Assembly (NCBI GenBank): GCA_963664195.1
Contig: OY760907.1
Location: 3,360,001 to 3,424,000, forward strand
Direction of reading: 5' to 3'
DNA: 64,000 bases
Origin: an uncultured candidate division Zixibacteria bacterium
GTDB lineage: Bacteria; Zixibacteria; MSB-5A5; GN15; FEB-12
The position numbers were made by a program, and so were the translations under genes. Position 1 is the first letter of the stretch; every line of letters begins with the position of its first letter. This document shows, piece after piece, positions 58,064 through 64,000 of the stretch. The notes beneath the pieces were generated by a model. That model made no database searches, was not told the DNA's origin, and saw nothing but the letters and a program-made list of their open reading frames with translations.

Positions 58064-61000
58064 ATGAAGATTTCAGAATTATCGATAACACGCCCGGTCT
58101 TTGCGACAATGATGATCCTGGCCCTGCTGGTCATGGGGGCATTCTCGTATCTTGGCCTTTCGGTTGAAATGTGGCCAAAAGTCGACTTCCCGTTTGTCGT
58201 TGTCCAGACCGTCTACCCGGGTGCTTCGGCGGAGACAATCGAGACCGAGGTCACGGAAAAAGTCGAAGAGGCGGTAAACCAGATATCCGGCATTCGCCAC
58301 ATCGTATCCAAGTCACAGGAAGGCTTCACCTACACGTTCGTGGAGTTCGATCTTGAAGTCGACGGTGCCGAGGCCACACAGGATGTTCGCGAGAAGATAT
58401 CTCGTATCCGGGGCGATCTTCCCGATGATATCGAGGAACCAATCGTCACCCAGTTCGATATGGAAGCCCAGGGTGTCATGTCCCTCTCCATCGCCGGACA
58501 GAGGTCCGCAAGAGAGATTACGCAGATTGTTAAAGACAGGATAAAGCCAAGACTGGAAGCTGTTTCCGGAGTAGGATCGGTGGAACTGGTCGGCGGCAGC
58601 GAACGCGAAATTCAGGTCGCGCTGCTACCCGATCGCATGGAGTCCTACGAGATAACAGTCGACGACGTCAAGTACTCCATCCAGATGGCCAATCTCGAGA
58701 TTCCCGGCGGACGAATGGATGAGTCCTCGCGGGAATACCTGGTCCGAGTGAAAGGAAAACTGACCTCGGTCGACCAGTTCGAGAACATTGTTGTCAAAAA
58801 CAAAGAAGGCACGCCGATATATCTGTCCGACGTTGCGATCGTAAAAGACACAATCGTTGAGCAGAGATCGCTCTCTCGCTGGAAAGGCGAACAGGCAGTG
58901 GCCTTGAACATAATCAACCAGTCAGGCGCCAACATCGTTGACCTCGCGGCGGGAGTCAGGGAAACGCTGTCAGAACTGAACAAGGAACTTCCTCCTGACA
59001 TTATCATCACTACCGTGAACGACAACTCGGTCTGGATTGAAGACTCGATTGACGAAATACTGTTCAACATTGAGTTCGGTACGCTGCTGGCCGTGATTGT
59101 GATCTTCCTGTTCCTGTTGGATATCAGACCAACGATCATCACCGGTCTGTCGATTCCGATTTCCATTATTGCCACTTTCACGGTGATGAAATGGCTCGGA
59201 TTCACGATCAACTTCATGACGCTTCTAGGGCTATCGCTGGCTGTAGGTATATTGATCGATGACTCCATCGTGGTGGTGGAGAACATTTATCGGAAGATGC
59301 AGGAGGGGCAGAGTCCCTTCAAGGCGGCGTTTTCGGGCACCAAGGAAATCGGCCTCGCCGTTGCCGCTACCACTTTCTCGATCATGGTCGTATTCCTGCC
59401 CGTGGCTTTCATGGAAGGTATCATCGGACGCTTTTTCTACCAGTTCGGTATGACCGTGGCGTGCTCGGTGCTGATATCGCTTTTTGTTGCCTTCACACTG
59501 GTGCCAATGTTGACCTCACGGACGCAGGCTCCCCGGGAGGACAAAGAGTCGCTTGACCCAGCCAAGGCCAAAGGGTGGATGGCCCTGTGGTTAAGAATTC
59601 GCAAGCCACTGAGCATCTGGAATCGTGCCTTTGACGCTTTCAGGCCTTTCTATACCAGACTGCTTAGAGTATCGCTCAAACACCGTTGGGTCGTCATGCT
59701 TGTAGCCACAGCCTCGTTTGCGGTAGCAATCGGCATCGTAGCGTCCGGTCTGATCGGCATGGAGTTCCAGGCCAAGACCGACCAGGGCAAAATATATGTT
59801 GCCGTCACCACGCCTCCGGGCACGACGCTGCAGGAAACCTCGGATAGAATAGACCAGATGGAGGCGATTCTTGAGGATCAGCTCAAGGAAGTCGTTGGCT
59901 CCTTTGTGACCGTCGGCGGTGACAATACGCCTGTCACCGAGGGGCTGTTGCTGGTTAAGCTCGTCGACGCCGCTGAGCGCGAAATATCGGCTCTGGACCT
60001 TATCGACTCCGTACGTACGCTCGTATCGGTCGTGCCCGGAGTGAAGGTGTCTGTGGCGGGAGAGCCTTCCGAGGGAGGGTCTTCCAAACCTGTTGAATTT
60101 TCGATCCGCGGTGCCGATCGCGACGAATTGGCAAGAATCGCGCACAAAGTGCAGAACCTCGTGGCCGCGGCGCCGGGTGCAGCAGATGTCGACAACACGC
60201 TCGAAGAAGGCAAACCGGAACTGCATATCACCGTCGACCGCGATCTGGCCGACGACCTGGGGCTGAATGTTCTGGCTATCTCCCAGACAGTGAGAACGCT
60301 TGTCGAGGGCGACGTGGTCACTCAGTTCCAACAGGGTGACGAGGATTACGACGTCAGGGTACGCCTGGACGAGCGGTATCGTAACAGCGAGGATGCAATC
60401 GGGAGAATCAAGATTGCAAGCTCTAAGGAAGTGGTGGGCATGGATCAGTTCCTGGTCCCCTTGAACCGGGTCGCCCGATTCGACAAAAAGACCGCAATCG
60501 GTGAGTACAGTCGGTACGACCGTTTGCCCGAGGTCCGCGTCAACGCCAACCCGATGCGCGGAGCTTTCGCCGGTACTCTGACAAACAACGTAAGGGATAT
60601 TGTCGATAGCACGATTCAATTGCCTCCGGGCTACACCGCAACACCTGTCGGTGAGCAGGAGATCATGGAAGAATCAAACCAGAACATCGGCATGGCTCTT
60701 CTACTGGCAATCGTCTTCATCTACCTGACATTGTCCTCGCAATACGAGTCGTTTTTCGACCCGCTGTCGATCATGCTGTCCCTGCCGCTGTCTCTAATCG
60801 GAGCCATCCTGGGCCTCTGGTTCTCGGGATCGTCGTTTAACATCATGACTCAGGTGGGTATTGTGATGCTCATGGGGCTGGTGACGAAGAACGCGATTTT
60901 GCTGATTGACTTCGTGAAACAACAGCGCGAGACGGGCATGAGCAGGTCGGAGGCAATTCTCACAGCCGGACCGATCAGACTCAGGCCAATTCTCATGACC

Positions 61001-61243
61001 ACGCTGGCTACCGTTTTCGGGATGCTTCCGCTCGCCTTGGGAATCGGCTCCGGCGCTGAGCTGCGGGCACCAATGGCTCAGGCAGTTATTGGAGGTATGC
61101 TCTCCTCCACCCTTCTCACTCTCGTGGTAGTCCCGGTGGTGTACACGATTATCGATGACTTCGTGGGATTGTTCAGAAATAAGAAGACCGACTCTCACGG
61201 AAGTACTGTACAGGAGCCTGAGAAACTGGCTCAGAAGGCATAG
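58064..61243 (+). CDS. RND (AcrB/AcrD/AcrF family) efflux permease
   Basis: SI.RPVFA, YPGASAE, GILIDDSIVVVENI, KNAILLIDF, RLRPILMTT. Confidence 0.96.
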   Translation: MKISELSITRPVFATMMILALLVMGAFSYLGLSVEMWPKVDFPFVVVQTVYPGASAETIETEVTEKVEEAVNQISGIRHIVSKSQEGFTYTFVEFDLEVDGAEATQDVREKISRIRGDLPDDIEEPIVTQFDMEAQGVMSLSIAGQRSAREITQIVKDRIKPRLEAVSGVGSVELVGGSEREIQVALLPDRMESYEITVDDVKYSIQMANLEIPGGRMDESSREYLVRVKGKLTSVDQFENIVVKNKEGTPIYLSDVAIVKDTIVEQRSLSRWKGEQAVALNIINQSGANIVDLAAGVRETLSELNKELPPDIIITTVNDNSVWIEDSIDEILFNIEFGTLLAVIVIFLFLLDIRPTIITGLSIPISIIATFTVMKWLGFTINFMTLLGLSLAVGILIDDSIVVVENIYRKMQEGQSPFKAAFSGTKEIGLAVAATTFSIMVVFLPVAFMEGIIGRFFYQFGMTVACSVLISLFVAFTLVPMLTSRTQAPREDKESLDPAKAKGWMALWLRIRKPLSIWNRAFDAFRPFYTRLLRVSLKHRWVVMLVATASFAVAIGIVASGLIGMEFQAKTDQGKIYVAVTTPPGTTLQETSDRIDQMEAILEDQLKEVVGSFVTVGGDNTPVTEGLLLVKLVDAAEREISALDLIDSVRTLVSVVPGVKVSVAGEPSEGGSSKPVEFSIRGADRDELARIAHKVQNLVAAAPGAADVDNTLEEGKPELHITVDRDLADDLGLNVLAISQTVRTLVEGDVVTQFQQGDEDYDVRVRLDERYRNSEDAIGRIKIASSKEVVGMDQFLVPLNRVARFDKKTAIGEYSRYDRLPEVRVNANPMRGAFAGTLTNNVRDIVDSTIQLPPGYTATPVGEQEIMEESNQNIGMALLLAIVFIYLTLSSQYESFFDPLSIMLSLPLSLIGAILGLWFSGSSFNIMTQVGIVMLMGLVTKNAILLIDFVKQQRETGMSRSEAILTAGPIRLRPILMTTLATVFGMLPLALGIGSGAELRAPMAQAVIGGMLSSTLLTLVVVPVVYTIIDDFVGLFRNKKTDSHGSTVQEPEKLAQKA

Positions 61244-61265
61244 AACGACCAATCCAACAGTATTG

Positions 61266-61299
61266 AGGCCCGGAATCCGGACCGATTTCGGGCCTTTTT
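61266..61299 (+). terminator. Rho-independent terminator
   Basis: aggcccggaatc-cggacc-gatttcgggcct plus tttt. Confidence 0.8.
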
Positions 61300-61432
61300 C
61301 GGGATGACGCCGACACAACTATTGCGCCAATCCCGTCCCACTCCCGGATTCAGCCGATCAACACAAAACTCAGCTTGGATGTCTTGATTTCCCGCTCGAG
61401 AAATTCGGCGTAGCCTGCTGCAATTCAATGCC

Positions 61433-61460
61433 TTGACAGATATTGAATTCACTATATATT
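61433..61460 (+). promoter_or_regulatory. sigma70-type promoter candidate
   Basis: TTGACA-N16-TATATT. Confidence 0.62.
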
Positions 61461-61553
61461 GTATAGATACACCGAGCCTCCTCTCACCGACCGCTCGCCT
61501 GTACTACAACAGATGTGAAGTTTAAATAACCTCTAGTCCCTAAGGTGTCTTCC

Positions 61554-64000
61554 ATGAAGAAGATAGCTATCTTCGCTTGCTTCCTGTTGGTATTATCGAC
61601 GACGATATTCGCCGCCGGAGACCATACCGAGACGTATTTCAAGTTCCGTGTAAACACGCCACAAGAGCTTGAAAAACTTACCAGAATCATCTCGATTGAC
61701 AACGTGCAGGACGGTGTCGTCCACGCATACGCGAACGAGAAAGAAATCGAAGTCTTTAAGACTCTGGGATATGACTACGAAGTCCTTCCTCATCCGGGCA
61801 CGTTGATTGATCCGGTCATGACCGACTCGAAAGATGGCTTGAAGGACTGGGACACCTATCCGACGTATGAGGCCTACGTTGATCAGATGAATCAGTTCGC
61901 CATTGACTACCCGGACCTCTGCCAGATAGTCAACGCCGGCAACTCCGTCGAAGGACGCCAAGTCCTATTCGCAAAGATATCCCACAATGTCGGTGTCGAA
62001 GAAGACGAACCGGAGGTCATGTTCACGGGCACGATGCACGGTGACGAAACCACCGGCTACGTCCTGATGATCCGCCTGATAGATTCTCTCCTGACGGGGT
62101 ACGGCAATGACGCCAACATCACCCGACTGGTGGACAGCATGGACATCTGGATCAACCCGGCGGCCAACCCGGACGGCACTTACGCCGGTGGCAACAGTTC
62201 GGTTTCCGGGTCCACGCGCTACAACGCCAATGGTGTTGACCTCAACCGCAACTTCCATGACCCGGAAGACGGCGAACATCCCGATGGGAATTCCTACCAG
62301 CCGGAAACCATAGCCATGATGAACATCGCTGCGGCACAGAATTTCATCATCTCGGCCAACTTCCACGGCGGGGCTGAAGTGCTCAACTACCCGTGGGACA
62401 CCTGGGTTACACGCCACGCTGACGATCAGTGGTGGCAGGACGTGTGCCGTACCTGGGCAGACTCGGCACATGCCTATGCTCCGTCGGGCTATTTGTCCGA
62501 CCTGAATAACGGCATCACCAACGGCTATGATTGGTACACCACCTCCGGATGCCGTCAGGATTACATGAATTACTTCCAGAGCTGTCGTGAAATGACCGCT
62601 GAGTTGTCTGGCACTAAGTTGCTCCCTGCCAGCCAACTTCCGGCACACTGGGTCTACAATCGTATTGGCTTTGTCATGTATCTGGAGAATGCCCTGTTTG
62701 GCATTCGCGGTATCGTAACCGATGCAGGCACGGGCGATCCGGTTGCAGCCATGATTACGACACTCAACCACGACAACAATAACGCTCAGGTTAGGACGGA
62801 CCCCGACGTCGGAGACTACCATCGGATGCTTGAAGCGGGAACCTATGATCTAGTTTTCTCCGCTCCGGGCTACTTCTCAGACACGGTGACCGGTATCAGC
62901 GTCGTAGATCGTCAGGCCACCCGAGTGGATGTGCAACTGACAGCGCTTCCCGATGATCCGTTCCTGACTTTTGCTGAGTATGACGGCACTGCCGCCTACC
63001 CGGACGACGACGCTTCGATCAATATCACGCTCAATAACTTGGGCGCCGGTATCGCTACAGGCGTTGTGGGCGTGCTGAGCAGCACGGACGAATTCATCAC
63101 GGTCACCCAAGCCACTTCCGCCTACCCGACAATCAATGCGCTCGGCGGCGAAGCGACTTCAATAACCGCATACGAATTCCATATCGATTCCGAGTGTCCC
63201 CTCTTCCACGAAGCCACATTCATGCTTTCGCTCACTGACGACGACACCTACTCGGACGATGTAACCTTCAGCTATCTCGTTGGCGATCGGATCGTCATTT
63301 TCGCCGATGACTTCTCCTCGAACCAGGGCTGGACCGGTCTTGGCGGTGTCGGCGAATGGACAATCGGTGCCTGTGTTGGCGGCGGTACGAGCGGACGTCA
63401 GGATCCGACCGAAGACCACTCGTCCAGCGGCGATAATCAGGTGCTCGGCAATGACCTGACCTCTGCCGGAACGTACAATGACGGCATCGCAGAAGACTGG
63501 GCATACTCACCGGTCATCGACTGTGGCGGCCGCACCGGTGTGGAGCTTCGCTACTGGCACTGGCTGGGTTGCGAGTCCAGCACCTATGACCATGCGAAGT
63601 TCGACGTGTTCGACGGTGACAGTTGGATCAACCTTTTCTCCAACGGTTCGACAAGCCAGGCAACGTCATGGACTGAGGCCTACTACGATCTTTCAGCCTA
63701 CGCAGACGACAACCCGGGCTTCCAGATGCGCTGGAGCATAGGGCCAACCGACGGCTCCGGAGTATACTCGGGCTGGAATATCGACGATATCGAACTCAAG
63801 GGCTACGGCTCAAGCGGTGGTTCGCCGGTATTGGCCCTATCACCGACCTCAGTTATCGATAGCCTCCAACCGGGTGACCAGGGACAGGCTATCTTGAAGG
63901 TCAAAAACACCGGTGACGGCAGCCTCGGTGTCTGGTTCTCGTCGGCCAATTCCTGGCTTTCGTTCTCCAAAGAGAAGCAGACAGTTCCTGCGGGCGACAG
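61554..64000 (+). CDS. 3'-truncated secreted M14 (N/E-type) zinc carboxypeptidase with regulatory Ig, further Ig-like and jelly-roll modules; absent from the ORF track
   Basis: Manual translation: MKKIAIFACFLLVLSTTIFA signal, YPTYEAY, SVEGR, EPEV.F.GTMHGDE, NPDG, RYNANGVDLNRNF, NFHGGAEVLNYPWD; frame runs to the window end. Confidence 0.9.
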   Translation, partial: MKKIAIFACFLLVLSTTIFAAGDHTETYFKFRVNTPQELEKLTRIISIDNVQDGVVHAYANEKEIEVFKTLGYDYEVLPHPGTLIDPVMTDSKDGLKDWDTYPTYEAYVDQMNQFAIDYPDLCQIVNAGNSVEGRQVLFAKISHNVGVEEDEPEVMFTGTMHGDETTGYVLMIRLIDSLLTGYGNDANITRLVDSMDIWINPAANPDGTYAGGNSSVSGSTRYNANGVDLNRNFHDPEDGEHPDGNSYQPETIAMMNIAAAQNFIISANFHGGAEVLNYPWDTWVTRHADDQWWQDVCRTWADSAHAYAPSGYLSDLNNGITNGYDWYTTSGCRQDYMNYFQSCREMTAELSGTKLLPASQLPAHWVYNRIGFVMYLENALFGIRGIVTDAGTGDPVAAMITTLNHDNNNAQVRTDPDVGDYHRMLEAGTYDLVFSAPGYFSDTVTGISVVDRQATRVDVQLTALPDDPFLTFAEYDGTAAYPDDDASINITLNNLGAGIATGVVGVLSSTDEFITVTQATSAYPTINALGGEATSITAYEFHIDSECPLFHEATFMLSLTDDDTYSDDVTFSYLVGDRIVIFADDFSSNQGWTGLGGVGEWTIGACVGGGTSGRQDPTEDHSSSGDNQVLGNDLTSAGTYNDGIAEDWAYSPVIDCGGRTGVELRYWHWLGCESSTYDHAKFDVFDGDSWINLFSNGSTSQATSWTEAYYDLSAYADDNPGFQMRWSIGPTDGSGVYSGWNIDDIELKGYGSSGGSPVLALSPTSVIDSLQPGDQGQAILKVKNTGDGSLGVWFSSANSWLSFSKEKQTVPAGD

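Overview
A GC-rich bacterial chromosomal window from a diderm. It is probably candidate phylum Zixibacteria or another FCB-group lineage, inferred only from the dockerin-like C-termini, gingipain-type C25 proteins and outer-membrane genes. The window is dominated by secreted, modular proteins, mostly proteases. Seven large proteins end in the same ~75-aa Cys-flanked, duplicated dockerin-like tail (CC...GN.D...TM.DLT.LIDHLFISL.PL..CP-stop): a tandem beta-helix protein, M4, a metzincin, an M36-like peptidase, two C25 gingipain-like proteases and an SGNH-like protein. A 76-aa gene encodes only a signal peptide plus one such repeat. An M14 carboxypeptidase cut by the right edge shares accessory modules with these proteins. 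Different catalytic heads sit on shared stalk cassettes. No cohesin is recognisable in the window. A degenerate T9SS/FlgD-type C-terminal tail fragment lies just downstream of one dockerin gene. The best candidate for an undescribed system is a dockerin-tagged extracellular proteolysis or surface-sorting system. Other content: a PEP-dikinase-like protein/His kinase/response regulator/CBS/SLC13/flavin reductase operon, a secreted M16C peptidase, cydAB, lemA-DUF2207, a beta-barrel plus giant Ig-repeat protein pair, an arsR-arsP-thioredoxin-arsF-arsG cluster, a TetR-TolC-MFP-RND efflux operon, and recurring TTGAC-N16-TATATT-type promoters. No rRNA, tRNA, CRISPR array or intact mobile element was seen. 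All family assignments come from motif recognition by eye, not database searches.
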